64,000 nt of DNA from Gekko japonicus (GCF_001447785.1 NW_015159715.1:248001-312000); one strand, 5' to 3'. Positions 37,303 through 50,301 are shown, counted from the first letter of the stretch. The notes: generated from the sequence alone by a model not told the origin. A program made the numbers and translations.

Positions 37303-39432
37303 TTTTTAAAAAGGGATCTAGAGGGGAACCAGGAAATTACAGGCCAGTCAGCCTAACATCTTTCCCATCAAAACAAAGAAACACTGTGATGAAATTGACA
37401 ATAACATTTAATAATTCCTATGAACATCAATAAAAACTTATGCAATGTAGCTCAGGAATTCTAACATATTCAAGAAAAAGTCCAAAAGGCACATAGAAGA
37501 ACAAAACCTGCTGAGGGTAAATCAACATAGCTTCTGCAAAAGGAAGTCCTGCCTCACCAACCTTTTGAAGTTCTTTGAGAAACTGAACAAGCATGTAGAC
37601 AACATAATTGGACTTTCAAAAGACTTTTGACAAGGTACCTCACCAAAGACTCCTGAGTAAATTTAGCAGTCATGGGATAAGAGGATGGGTTCTCTTATGG
37701 ATTAAAAACAGATTAAATGACAGGAAGCAAAGAGTAGAAATCAATGGACAGTTTTCACCATGGAGTGAAGTAAGCAGTGGGTTCCCCCAAGGATCGGTAT
37801 TGGGACCGGTCCTATTTAATTTATTCATCAGTGATCTGGAACTAGGGGTGAATAGTGCAGTGGCCAAGTTTGCAGATGACAAAATTATTCAGGATGGTAA
37901 AAATCAAGGCTAACTGTGAAGAGCTCCAAGAGAATCTTTACAAAGTGAGCGAATAGGTAACAATGTAGCAAATGAAGTTCAATGTTGATAAGTGTAAGGT
38001 GATGCACACTGGAACAAAAATCCCAACTTCAAGTATAGCCTATGGGGGTCTGAACTTGCTGAGACTGAGAGGGAAAAGGATCTTGGGGTTGTAGTGGATA
38101 GCTCAATGGAAGTGTCAACACGATGTGCTGCAGCAGTGAAAAAGGCAAACTCTATGTTAGGGATTATTAGGAAAGGGATTGAACATCAAGCAGTCAATAT
38201 CATAATGGTCCTGTAAAGATATCTAGTGCAGCTTCATTTGGAATACTTTGTACAGTTCTGTTCCCGTATCTCAAAAAAGACATTGCAGAGCTGGATAAAG
38301 TACAGAAGAGGGCAACCAAGATGATTAGGGGGTTGGAGCACCTTCCCTATGAGGAAAGACTAAAGAGTCTGGGACTTTTCACTTTAGAAAAGAGAGAACT
38401 AAAGGGGGACATAATAGTGGTTTATAAAACTATATATGGGGTAGATAGAGCTGAAGAAGGGTGATTTTTCTCCTTCTCCCAAAATACTAGAACTCAAAGG
38501 CATCCAGTAAAGGTGATGAGCAGTAGATTCAGGACAAAAAGAAATACGTCTTTATACAGAGTGTGATTAAAATGTGGAACAGGGATGGGCACAAACTGGG
38601 AAACTGCAGTTCAGTTAAGTTCATGGTGTGTCCTGGTTCATGAAACACGAATCATCCTGAACTTTTAGCCGCCAAACAAACTGGTTCAGTTCATGAGGTT
38701 TGTGATGCAGTAGAACAGCCTCCCAGTGTGATAGAGACACCAAACTGACAGGGGATCACTGGCTGACTCTCCCCTACCTGTCCCCCAAATTTGGTGAGGA
38801 CTGGATTTACAGGGTCTGAGTTACGACCCCCAAAAAATGACAGGTACAGGTTGAGGAGTTTTAGGAGTGTTTAGTATGGACCCTGAGCAAACTGAAGACA
38901 TCAAACTCGCAGGGACTTCCCCTGGATGATCCTCTCCATGCCTGCAAGTTCTGCCTCCACTGCTGCTTTGAAGTTTGGTAAACACTTAGATTGAGTGTAG
39001 ATAGTCTGTCTGGAAATATATCCATGAAGTACAAACCTCCATGAACAGCTTGAAAGTTCATGCAAAGTTCGTGCCAGTTGACTTTCTACGCACTTCAGTC
39101 CACAAACCATTAACCACCCAAAATTTGTGATGAACTTTAGTTTGTGAGCTGGTTTGTGCCCATCTCTAATGTGGAATTTGTTGCCAGAGGATGTAGTGAT
39201 GGCCACGGGAATAAACAGCTTTAAAGGGGGATTAGATAGATTCATGGATGAGAGGTATATCAGTGGCTACTAGCCATGGTGACTGAGGGAAACCTCCACT
39301 TTGAGAGGCACTAAACTCTAGACCTCTATGTCCTGTTGTTGGCCCTCCAGAGAAATTGATTGGCCACTATGTGAGACAGGATGTTGGACTACCTGGACTA
39401 CTGGTCTGAACCAGCAGGGCTCTTATGTTTTT
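37003..39432 (+). mobile_element. CR1 LINE, 5'-truncated, decayed RT ORF2
   Basis: LNEFFSSVFT..KSLGPDGIHARVLREL..PEDWRVANV..PGNYRPVSLTS..DFQKTFDKVPHQRLL..GFPQGSVLGPVLFNLFISDL..KFADD; 3' UTR to ctcttatgtt. Confidence 0.97.
38580..39168. mobile_element. hAT (Ac-like TAGGGATG-type ends) non-autonomous element nested in CR1
   Basis: TIR cagggatgggcacaaac / gtttgtgcccatctcta; perfect 8-bp TSD atgtggaa. Confidence 0.92.
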
Positions 39433-41489
39433 AACTGCCACTCTCAGCTGTCACTCTTAACTGTCATTCTTTACTGATACTCACAACTGTAGAAATCCAT
39501 TTGAATCCCCTGTCACTCAAGGTTCCGATATCGGGTTAAAGCATTAACCATTTGTTGTCTGTTACACAATCCTATCTCCCTATCCCCCACCAGTAGCCGG
39601 GGGGGGGGGACCTGGCAACCCTATCATGAGGGTTTTTTTATTTTTGAAACTGTACTTTTAAGTACATACAGTGGTCTTGTGTAATCTGCTCAAGAGTTAT
39701 CAAAATGGTTTTCCCAAGGCCTATAAAAATGGACTCATCTTCTGGGATCCATCCCCAGGCTACACCATGTTTGTTGTTGTTCTTTCAAGACCCTACTTAG
39801 GGGTCAGGTTCTCTTCCCAGGCTGTCCTCCCAATGAGCAGCATAACAATTGGTACTTTGATTCTCTAATTAGGCCCTCTGTGCATGTCATATAACTCTTA
39901 CAGCATTTGTGATTAAAGGAACAGAAGCATGAAAGCCTTGGTAATGAAGCTTGATGGATTTGAGCCATTCATGTGTAGGGTTTTTAGCATTATTAATTAT
40001 ATTGCTGTAAGCCCCCCTCCCTTCTTCCAGTGAACTAGGATTGGCCCTGTGACAGCTCTCTGAGTTAGGTTTGCTTTTGCTGAGAAACCCATGTGGCTTC
40101 AGACCTTGAAGGGATTTGAGCCTAAGGTTCCCACATCAAGACCCAGCACTCAGTTCAGCACACCACACTCGGTATTCATTGTGTTTCATCTCAAACACCT
40201 TCCGTAATTTCTCATGTCTCATTTTCCCAGCTCTCTATAGGGAATTTGTAAACTCTTTCCATTGACAACAGTAAAAAATGATTACTGCTCTAACTAATTT
40301 TCAATATTTCTTAATCACAATTCAGTAGATTAATTCAATTTCTGTTACCATAGCAAACTGCCTTCATTAGCATGACCTATATTTGGACATACTTACAATT
40401 TTGAGACAGTTCTCTGGAGAGAAATTCTTATTTGGGAGAAAGAGCCCTGCACTGATTTTGAGCTGGTGTTTTATTTCTGTAAGAAAATCATACTTAACAT
40501 TTTGGTTGGTTTATGATCCAATTCTCTATTCAATTAAAGCAGCATCCTTACCTTTAAGCCATTGCGAGATCCATAGGATCCAAACAGATTTTTTGTTAGT
40601 TTTTAAATCTCTTCTTTAGCATCACACACACACACACACCTAATTGAAAAAAATGATAGATATATAGTTGATTATAATGACTGAGATTAAGGCCGGAATC
40701 CTAAGGACACTTTCCTGGGAGTAAGCCAGAATATGGGACTTATTTTAGAACAGACCTGTTTAGAATTGCTACCTAATTCACTAAAAATTACCATCAGAAG
40801 ATTCCACATATGCTAGGGTGCTTGCATGACTGGAAATGTGGGGGGAAACAACCCTTATATTAGCCACCTGCCCTAAGTTCAGCACACCATATCCCAAAGT
40901 GCTCTCTATTTCTGCAGGACATTGTGCAAACAGCCTCTAGGAACTGTAAGACATAGGCAGGAAAGCACAAGATCTTGACAAGCCGAACTGCACTAAATCT
41001 GTTTATATTTTTGTTTGCTCGCCTCCGTATCCACATCCTAATTTCTGAGACGTTTGGGGGAGCAGTCAGTAATGAGACAGAGTACAGTGCTTTGACATTT
41101 TCATTTCAAAAGTTTTGTCAATTTCCATTACATTTGTTCAGGCATGTGTTTGTTTTCATTATTGCATTACTTTTTGCTCCTACAGGCTTAAAGGTGGAAG
41201 CCTCCCCTCCATCTTCTCAGCTCCCCTCACACACACACCCCACACATCAAATAGGGAAGTGGGAAGTGACTCTCTCCTTTCTCCCCCACTGGAATGCTAG
41301 TTCAGCAGCATCTGAGGTTCCCTGCAACTGTTGCTGCCAGGACAGCATCTAGGGCACTGGTGAAGGCAGGGACAGTGAGGCAGCACTGAGTTCTCTGCTC
41401 TCCCAGCCATCAGCTCGCTGATCAGCTGGTGAACTGCTGCTTCTCTGGCAGACTGCCACTGCTGCCTCAAGCTTGGCACTGCTGGAGTA

Positions 41490-41695
41490 ACCAACATCAA
41501 GGTGGGATCTGAAGGTCTCCCAGAATGACGACTGATCTCCAGACTACAGAAATCAATGCCCCTGAAGGAAATGGCAGCTCCAGAGGGTTGGCTCTATAGC
41601 ATCCTTGCAGAGCTCCCACCCCTCCACAAACTCCCCTCTTCAGGCACTGTTCCTGAACCTCCAGGAACCTCCCTATGCCAGAGCTGGCAATCTGA
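41490..41695 (+). mobile_element. Decayed TAGGGTTGCCA-family MITE
   Basis: actgatctccagactacagaaatcaatgcccctgaaggaaatggcagct..gagctggcaatct. Confidence 0.7.
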
Positions 41696-42006
41696 TCTTC
41701 CGCTGCTTTTTATAGGGGATGCTCTGCTGCACTTTGTAGGGGACAACAGAACAGGTGGAAAGAGGGGAGGAAGGAAAGAAATCTCTTGCCTTCCCAATGA
41801 TCCCAGTGGAGATTGATCATCAAGGCAGCTGGGGAAAGTCCTGGTAGGTTGATTGTCTGAGACCCCCTGCTGGGCCCCTCACTGCAAGCAAGGGGCAGGC
41901 ACAATCTGCCACAAGGATCAGTGAGAGACAGACCCAACCTCACTGTTGTGCACAGCACAGTAAGAAATGCATGGCAAGGAACAGGCCTGGCCAACCTCAC
42001 TTACTT

Positions 42007-42257
42007 GGGTGATTTCCCACAAGTGCTGCTCCGCGCTCACTCCTCCCTGTCAATTTCACACAAGCTTCTGTGTGGCCGCATTTTGCCCCGCAGCTTTGTG
42101 CCATTTTCCTCGCATCTACTCAATCCTGTTTTTTGAGGACTGAGTAGAGGCGGGGAAAAACACACAAAACTGCGGGGGGGGAATGCGGCCGCGCAGCAGC
42201 TTGTGTGAAATTGACAGGGAGGAGTGAGCGCGGAGCAGCACTTGTGGGAAATCACCC
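42007..42257. mobile_element. 251-bp foldback MITE (PIF/Harbinger-like)
   Basis: Outer ~59 bp perfectly inverted (gggtgatttcccacaagtgctgctccgcgctc.. / ..gagcgcggagcagcacttgtgggaaatcaccc), imperfect pairing to the centre; 3-bp TSD ctt. Confidence 0.9.
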
Positions 42258-44006
42258 CTTGTGTGAGCAGTGAGGGACTGACCAGCCTTTCTTGAGTGGG
42301 GAGGGATGGGCCTGGCCATCCTTGCTCATGCTCATCGTGAAGAATGGGCCAAGCCCAGCCTTGCTTACATGGTACAGTGAAGGATGGGCTCAGCCTCACT
42401 GGCATGGTGAGAGATGGACCCGACTCCTTCTTTCTCCCTCCCTCCCTTGTTTGGGGGGTGGGGCCAGGGCAGAATGGGATGGGGGTCTCCTCAAGGGCTG
42501 GGGGGTTTTCCCTCCCAGTTCACCTCATGTTGGTCTCCTTTAATTCACAACCAGCCTCCAGGAAAATGTTTGTTCATTTGTTATTTGTCCCATTCATTTT
42601 TATTGTCAAAATCAATAAAACAAATGGGTGGGTCTTATTCTGTTCACTTTTTTTTATTTATTTGAAAATGAATGCAAATCCAGACTTCCCAACTGATATG
42701 ATCTGCTGGGTGCCATATATTTTACTGGCATTGTTTATGGTTCAGAACTTCAGGCTGTGATTTTAGATAGTTGCTGCGAGCCACTTTGAGCTCATGAAGA
42801 GATTGGATACAAATGTTTTAAGTAATAATAATTCAAGTTAGAAAGAATGGGATTTAACACATTGATCAGGAATCCTGCAGGAAAGGAAAGGGCTTGGTAT
42901 CAAACTGAGGCTGTCTTCTTCTAGCTCATATTTGGAGGTTTTTGTCTTGATTTGCATGCACAGGTGAGATGTGTGAGTCAGAGTAGAAAACTAATAGTCC
43001 AGTCCTAATCCTTCATAGTCAATTAAAGACAGTGATCTTAGAAGACTATAACTGTGCTTATGATGTCACTGTAAATGGCATAAAAAGCAGATTTGGCATT
43101 GATGAATAGCAGCAATCAGTAAAGTATGCATGCCCTTAGGTTGCCTTTCGGACCAAAGTCACAGGATAATTTTTTCCCCATTCATATCCAGAAGGAATTT
43201 TTTTAAATGCAAATTGCAATGCTTGGACAAAATCCTGTTGTGCAATCCTTCCTCACAGAACATTTTGGTTGAGGCATTTAGACTTTGCCAAGAAACTGAC
43301 TAGGCATTGACCCAGTTCTTTGTGGAAGTGTATGTAATAATACATTAATGGGAAAATGAAAAAGAAGGCCAGTGAGTTTCTTGAGTGGCAGAAACATAAA
43401 AACATGGAATGATGCCATGGTATACTTCTGGTGTGCCTTTAATAGATCCGGGAATGACGTGCAAAATATGTGCATGACTCAGAGCTGGCTGGCATTGCTG
43501 CATGCATGAATATAATTTGATTCACATTGTGCATAAACAGACAGAAGAACATCCAAGAAGACTACTTTGGATGGAAAATTAGAATGTTGTACGGTTTCTA
43601 GTCTTGGTCTGTGGGTGTCATTTCCTGTCAAATAGCCAATGTACCATACATTAAGGAATATCTGTGGGAAGTGCTAGTCTCCTGCACAGCAGACATATTA
43701 CACAGATTACTGACCTGAGTGATATAGGTTTGTTTATGTTTTGATGGACTCATTCTATACACCTATATTCTTTCACAACCCTTTAGATTGTCTGGGAACA
43801 AGTCTATGTGACAAGTTAGGTAGACAACAGTATGCAGGTAAGTTTTCTTAGTGGCTGCCCCTGCATTCTGGATTTCTCTTCCCTTGGAGACATGCCAAAT
43901 TCTAGAAGCTGGTTCACATACTCCAATTACTCTGCATTTATGAATTCAGTTCCCATTTATCCCAAATCCATCATGCTTGTGTGAAACAGCCCCATGGACC
44001 AGCATC

Positions 44007-44318
44007 TAGAACTGCCAAGCCCCCACTGCTGGCAGGGGATTCCCATCCCCAGTTCCTGTCCCCCACCACTACTACGGTGGCCAGTGGGAGAAAAATAGTC
44101 TTGTTTTTTTTATCACCATTTGGTGACATTGTGGCATCACTTCTGGGGAAAATCCAGGAGTGATGTGAGTCCTCTGTAGGTTTTACCATAGGGTTTCTGG
44201 CAATTCCTAGCGAGGACCAATATCCCTTCCAGGTTTTCCCTGGAAATGACATCATACCATGACTGATGTCTCTCTTCCATGTCCTGTTCCCCCCACCCCG
44301 TCTCCTGGCAGCAGCTAA
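44007..44318. mobile_element. Decayed Blackjack-like hAT element
   Basis: Same architecture as 4016-4340 and 10404-10770 (gcatcacttctggg..ctctgtaggttttaccatag..ggaaatgacatca). Confidence 0.65.
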
Positions 44319-44707
44319 ACATATAAACTAGCTGAATTAAAAGCATCAACTATTTATTTATTGAAAGTATTTATATTTCATATGTGTGAAAAATGCAAAA
44401 GCAGTCCAACAAATCTAACAACAATATCAAAACAGTAATGCCAAACTTCCTACAAACTTCCATAAAACAGAAAAATCCATTCCCAGTGACAAACCATTTA
44501 AAAACCCCAAATCTATGAAAATGCAGAAACACAAAACAAAATGCCACTATACCAAAACCACAAGAACACACCCAAAGGCAGTCTCACGCCAAAGGCTTAT
44601 TGAAAAAGGAACTCTTTGTATGGCTACCTGAAGCTTGCCAGGGAGGTTCACGTAGCTCATCTCGTAGGCCATTCCACTGAGAAGACCACAGATCTCATTA
44701 CAAATAG

Positions 44708-44822
44708 ATCAAGATGGGTAGCTGTGTTGGTCTGAAGCAATAGAACAAAGTTAGAGTCCAATGGCACCTTTAAGACCAACAAAGTTTTATTCAAGGTGTG
44801 TGCATGCACACTTCGTCAGATA
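44708..44822 (-). mobile_element. Penelope-like pseudo-LTR fragment (hammerhead partly deleted)
   Basis: gggtagctgtgttggtctgaagca..gagtccaatggcacctttaagaccaacaaag..gtgtgcatgcacacttcgtcagata. Confidence 0.75.
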
Positions 44823-44860
44823 ATGAAATGGAATTACAGGGATCTCATAACAGATGCACC

Positions 44861-45122
44861 TAGGGATGCCCGCCTCTGGGTGAGACCTGCACCCCCAGAC
44901 ACAAACACAAAGAATTACAGCTCATTTCCAAGGTACAGAGATCAGTTCCTTCCCCTGGAGAAAATGGATGCTTCAGAGGGTGGACTGTGTGGCACTGTAC
45001 TCCACTGAGGTCCCTGTCCTCCCCAGGCTCCATTCCCAAATCTCCAGGAGTTTCCCAACATGGATCTGCAACCCTACTCCCCCATTCCCCACTGGTGGCC
45101 AGGAGGAAATCTGACAACCCTA
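44861..45122 (+). mobile_element. TAGGGTTGCCA-family hAT-like MITE
   Basis: tagggatgcc start, ctgacaacccta end, family core sequence. Confidence 0.85.
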
Positions 45123-45659
45123 ACCTCTTGGAAAGAGGATATGTTTAAAAAATGGCTGCATTCAGACCTAAAGTGGCATGTTGGCCTATTTTGTGCATGA
45201 TATGAGGATATGAAATGTCTATCTGCAAAGTGAAATCTGCAGCGGACCATTCAGATACTTGCAAGTTGTTACTAGATGTTGCAGTCATGAAATGATTAGA
45301 TGCTTTGCTACCACCTGTTTTTATTATTTAGGAAGGGGTTTTTTTACCTTGCTTTTCTCACTGGGGTGGGGGACCAAGAGCAGCTTATGAAAATGCAATT
45401 TACATAAACAAACAGGAAAACTAAAGAATGTGAAACTACATTCTGTTCACACTCTACTGTGCCATCCTAAGAGCCCTCTCATTGGAGTGAGCCCCACTGA
45501 ATAGGCAGCAGTAGGATTCTGACCAGACCTGCTTAGAATTGCTCAGTCAATTCATTCAAATTGGCTTGAAGTGTACTGCCATAAATGGGCTAGGGTATGT
45601 GGGGGAAGGGTTAATCAGTACAGCTTGTTGTGATTAATATGTTATTATACACTCCAAGT

Positions 45660-46047
45660 CAGGGGTCTTCTTGTAGAAAAAGCCCAGCAGGAACTCATTA
45701 GCATAACAGGCCACACCCAACAGCAGAAACTCATTAGCATAGTAGGCCACACCCTGACAGCACATTAGCATATTAGGCCACACCCCCATGTAACCAGAAG
45801 TAGTGTCATCCAGCCACACTCACCTTTTGCTTCTTATTCTGTTTACCTTGTTTGTTGTCAAAACCCAGGGCTTTTTTTGTAGCAGGAACCCTTTGCATGT
45901 TAGACCCCCCCCCCGAATGTAGCCAATCCTAATGAGTTTCTGCTGTTGGGTGTGGCCTGTTATGCTAATGAGTTCCTGCTGGGCGTGGCCAACTCAGGAG
46001 CCAACTGGAACTCCGTTCCTGTGCGTTCCTGCCCAAAAATAGCCCTG
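45660..46047. mobile_element. Two adjacent hAT (Tip100-like) elements (45660-45818 partial; 45866-46047) sharing a perfect 56-bp inverted segment
   Basis: CAGGGGTC.. start; CAGGGCTTTTTTTG / CAAAAATAGCCCTG TIR; arms 45682-45737 / 45929-45984. Confidence 0.8.
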
Positions 46048-48432
46048 TCCAAGTGCTGAGATCTGATTAATGGAAGTAAGGAATCTGGAAGATCACAGAC
46101 AGTATCTGTTTGACCGATGGATTAGGCTGTTAGGCATGTTCTGGTATTTGTGTGTGACTATGTCTAAAACACAAAGATTTGTGCTATCTTTACAAGTAGA
46201 TAAAAGCATTATTAGAAAACACATTTTTCTTATCCTAGTATCATTCACTTTGTATATGCCTAGGGAATAAACAGTCCCTGAAATATTGGTAAGCGCGCCA
46301 TGCTTCTCTGAGCAATGAGAATAATATATGTTTAATTCACAGATGTACTAGCAGATAATACTGGGACCAAGTAGACTCTACAATATGCAGTGGCCTCACA
46401 CAACAGTGTGTGCCTCTACAGCCTACCAGGCTGCCTCTAGTAAAGCTAAAAATTCTCTCTGCTTGTGCCGCCTTTAAAATCCTGACTGAAACTCCTTCTA
46501 AGTCTGTCTCTGTCCCTCTTCCAGGGACAGGTCTCACATTTCTGAGGCACGAAAGTCTTTTTGCTGCAGCCCTGATTACCCATAGAGTAGAGTCTGTTAT
46601 GAAAAATGCCAGTGATGGGCCTCTCCATGCTAATCAGGACTGCTCAACACATAGCACCGTCAACTAAGGGCTAGTTTTTCAACAGGTTGGGTCCAGGCTT
46701 CCAGGTCCCAACTCACTTTACCCACTGCCACAGAACACCTGCAGGCAATGTCATTTAAAAGTCTGTGGAGGCCTGTTTCAACTCAGGACTATGGTTGCCA
46801 GGTCCCTGCTGACCATCAGTGTGTGGGGTTTTTTTTTGCCATATCCAGGTTGGGAAACTCCTGGAGATTTGGGGAAGGAATCTGGAGATGACAAGGACCT
46901 CATATTGGAGAAGCAGCAGCCTGCTAAGAGTCTAGTTTCTTTTTTAAAAATGCTGAAAGAGCAGCTTAGGCTACTTGTACCCTAGGGAGAGCTGTGGAGT
47001 ATTCTCTAGTGTTTAGGATTTATTGAATGTTTTCTCTTGCAGTTCAGACTATCCCTTGTTGTTTCTCTCTCTGTTGTGTGTTAGTGCTTGAGCTCTGAAG
47101 GCCTCTCTGTTACCTTAATGGCCTGCACTCAATTATTGTATTTTTGCGTCAATTCATGGAAAGCGAACTACAAAGTGCGGATTGGATTTTTCCTGAACTC
47201 TGCCAACACCAAAGTGGGGCATAATGTTATAGAGTCCACCATCCAAAGCAGCCATTTTCTCCAGGAGAAATTATCTCTGTAGTCTGGAGATGAGCTGCGT
47301 CTCTACTCAGGATAGGGTTGCCAGGTCTTACCTGGCTGCCAGCGGGGGAGTTCTTCTTCCACTTTGAGAGATCTTCGCGTGTGGGCTTTGTGTGCGCACT
47401 GCAGTGACATCACCTGGAACTTTTTCCTCAAATGATAGGTCGTTCTCCCCCCCTCTGGGTGTTGTCATCACACCAGGCACATTGGCCCAAACATGGCACT
47501 TTGGGCTGTGGGATTCCCCCCGCCAGCCGGATCCAGGCTGGCAGATTGGTGGCCCTAAAAGTGGGCAAGCCGACGCCCTCTTTCCCCCTCAGCGTGGTCT
47601 CCAACCAAACTGGGCCTCTTTAAAATGACGTTCCCCACAGCCGTTGTGTGTCTGTGGGGAAAGCAGGTCAGGTTACAGGCTCCACTCATTAAAAAACGTA
47701 TTGCGTCGTTTGGTCTTCATTCTGCTGCTTATATAATTCATTTAAAAAAAACCAAAGGTTATTAATTTTACAGATTTTTCTATACAAATAATGACATAAA
47801 AAGCTGTGTAGCATTTGTTGCTTGACTAGAAAGGATAAAACAGCATGGCCCTTCATCAGTAGGCTGGTCCTTCCTCTTTTCCCGCTCAGATTCTGTTCAC
47901 AAATGCAGACGTGCTGTCTGAGTACTTGGCTAAGCAAGGATGTTTACAATACAGATGACAAAAAAAATGGGCTTTCCCATTGTTTACCCAGTGTAAAAGA
48001 GAATGATGGAGAACATCTGGCATCAAGGTCTCCACTCATAGCCCTCAATTATCCTGAAGAGACACCACCCTTTTTCACAAAAGAAATCTGCCAGAGATGC
48101 ATGCATGAAAAGGCGCAATGGTTGCAGAATAGGAAAGTACAAAATTGAGTAGTGCTTGAGGGAGGAAAAGAAAAGACCATTTGCAGAACTATTTGCTTAG
48201 AACTTATAAAAAGTTTCTAGCACTGGAGTGCTGTAGAAGAAAGACAAGTTGAGGGCTTTTCAGATCTTGTTGTGAAACGTCTCTACTTTGTTTTGTAGGG
48301 GATGGGGCAACCTGATCCTCCCAGCAAGACCAGATAGGCAGTTCCCGCAGTTCTCCTCCATTTATTTTTACTTGAAATACAGACCCCTTTGAGCAATTCA
48401 AAAACTTAGTTTTAACATTTTCGACCTCCATT

Positions 48433-48723
48433 TGTCCAATACAACATCCCCATCTTTTTTTCAAAAAATAAATAAATAAGAAATTCACACCACTTTTAGA
48501 GCTCTGATCTAATTTAAAAAAAACCCAAAACAAGCTTGAACTAGTTTCATGTTATTGTCCCAATTTGACAAGGCATGATGTCCAATACAACATCCCCATC
48601 TTTTTTTAAAAAAAATAAATAAATAAGAAATTCACATCACTTTTAGAGCTCTGATCTTATTTAAAAAAACTCAAAACAAGCTTGAACTAGTTTAATGTTA
48701 TTGTCCCAATTTGACAAGGCATG
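48433..48723. repeat. 146-bp period tandem duplication
   Basis: tgtccaatacaacatcccc..tttgacaaggcatg twice (starts 48433, 48579). Confidence 0.95.
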
Positions 48724-49261
48724 TTTTTCTGTAAGGAAACAAGGATTGCTTTTGTAATGCTTTCGTATGTGACGTTCCTTCTGGCATAACTATGTGATAG
48801 GCATCATCAATTAGAAGTTTGCGACAAAGCAAGAAAAGGATTTATGGTTTTGCTTAGGCAACCACTGGCAAGCACGCAAGTACATGCAGTAATGAATGCC
48901 AACTGTGAGGTAAAAGACAGAATGTGTGATGCACCCTTTCATAGCACAGCTTGTGTATTTACAGCTGCTCATTGTTAACTGTATCTACGAGAGAAGGAAA
49001 AATACTTTCTAACTTGGGTACATCAGTCCATTGAAATACACATATATAAACTCCAAAACAGACTAGAACTGAGACAGAGGCTGGTTTTCTTTAAAAGGAA
49101 GCAACTTAGCCCATTTCAATCCCCCCTCCCCCCACAAAACCCAACATTATTAAGACCAGAAATGATATGGAGGAAATGCATAATGAGGCAACAGTCTTGG
49201 AAGAGAGGGATCTGGCCATCTCCCTACTTTCAGTCACACACCCCAGAGCTACCATTTGCAT

Positions 49262-49490
49262 GACAGCCAGTGTGGTGTAGTGGTTAAAGTGTTGGACTAG
49301 GATCTGGGAAACCCAGGTTCAAATCTCCACTCTGCCATGGAAGCTTGCTGGGTGACCTCTGGCCAGTCCATACACTTCCAGCCTTGCCTACCTCATAGGG
49401 TTGTTGTGAGGATAAAACAGAAGTGAGGAGAACAATGCAAGCTGCTTTGGGGAGAAAGGTGGGATATAAATGAAGGAAATAAATAAATTA
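49262..49490 (+). mobile_element. tRNA-derived MIR/CORE-like squamate SINE, near full length
   Basis: A box tggtgtagtgg, B box ggttcaaatc, core cctacctcatagggttgttgtgaggataaa, (TAAA)n tail. Confidence 0.9.
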
Positions 49491-50301
49491 TTTTATGTGA
49501 CAAATATGGGGAGTAGGGAATGGGAAGCAAGCTTGGAGCTAGTGAGCAAATGACATATTGCCTCTCACGTACAGTCACCCTGGGATGGCTTCCCTTTTAT
49601 GGATAGAAGATCTATGCCTGAAATTATTCCAGAATGGATGGGCATCAACAGAGTAAGCTTTTCCTGACATGACAGTTGCATCTGTTGCTTTCTGTTAGAC
49701 ATACCACGCTTAAAGGCACATCATCTCTATACATAAAAAGGGTGCAAGGCTGATGGCCCCATAAATATGACCAACAACACAGTTAAGGGAATAACAGCAA
49801 TAAGAGAATCACTTTGTTTATTGTAGTCAGTCTTACAGAAGGATAAATGTAACTCCTATTAACTGTACTAATGCTTGCCAATGGCTGCAGACACTTTCCT
49901 TCTAAGAAATCGATACCAAATAAGCCCCCATCCAACTGCCAACTGAGATATCCCAATAAGGCCCTGCTCCATCTTACTTCCGTGCAAGAAATGAAAATAG
50001 TCACAACAAAGAAGAATGTGGACTTATGGAATGATCTCCCAAAAGATGTTGGCTAGTGTACTTAGCTCTTGGCTTCTCAAAAGAAATGTGAACTCTACTT
50101 GTTCTGCAGGGCTGCTGGTTCACGCATAGCTGGGCAGGATAATTATACCATCTAATTATTACTGGAACAGTTATTTAGCACTTTTTGGTTTTAAACAGTT
50201 GTAAATATTTTATTCGGTTGTATGTCCCTTCAAGTGTCTAGAGTATTGGGATAAAAACATGTGTTATATTTATTTAACACCAGTGGTAGTAAGGAGATTA
50301 T

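Larger units (their letters stand above)
36486..39566 (-). mobile_element. Solo LTR (Gypsy-like) split by a CR1 insertion
   Basis: TGTGACA / TGTTACA ends; minus-strand aataaaccagtttgtttgttttg; LTR-like sequence resumes at ~39433. Confidence 0.65.
933..43837 (+). pseudogene. Tentative spliced + strand gene/pseudogene or lncRNA; candidate exons 933-975, 1501-1612, 5825-5928, 9954-10053, 11243-11420, 20473-20534, 40918-40945, 43787-43837; product not recognised
   Basis: Each unit has pyrimidine tract+AG and GT donor (CAG|gtaagt at 20534 and 43837, GAA|gtaagc at 5928, TTG|gtatgt at 10053, CAG|gtgaga at 1612); phases chain with one in-frame TGA at 5879-5881. Manual call only; two of the exons were chosen partly because they fit. 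Confidence 0.3.

Noticed and set aside
49262-49335. tRNA gene
   Set aside because: The A/B boxes belong to a SINE head followed by core and tail; no full cloverleaf
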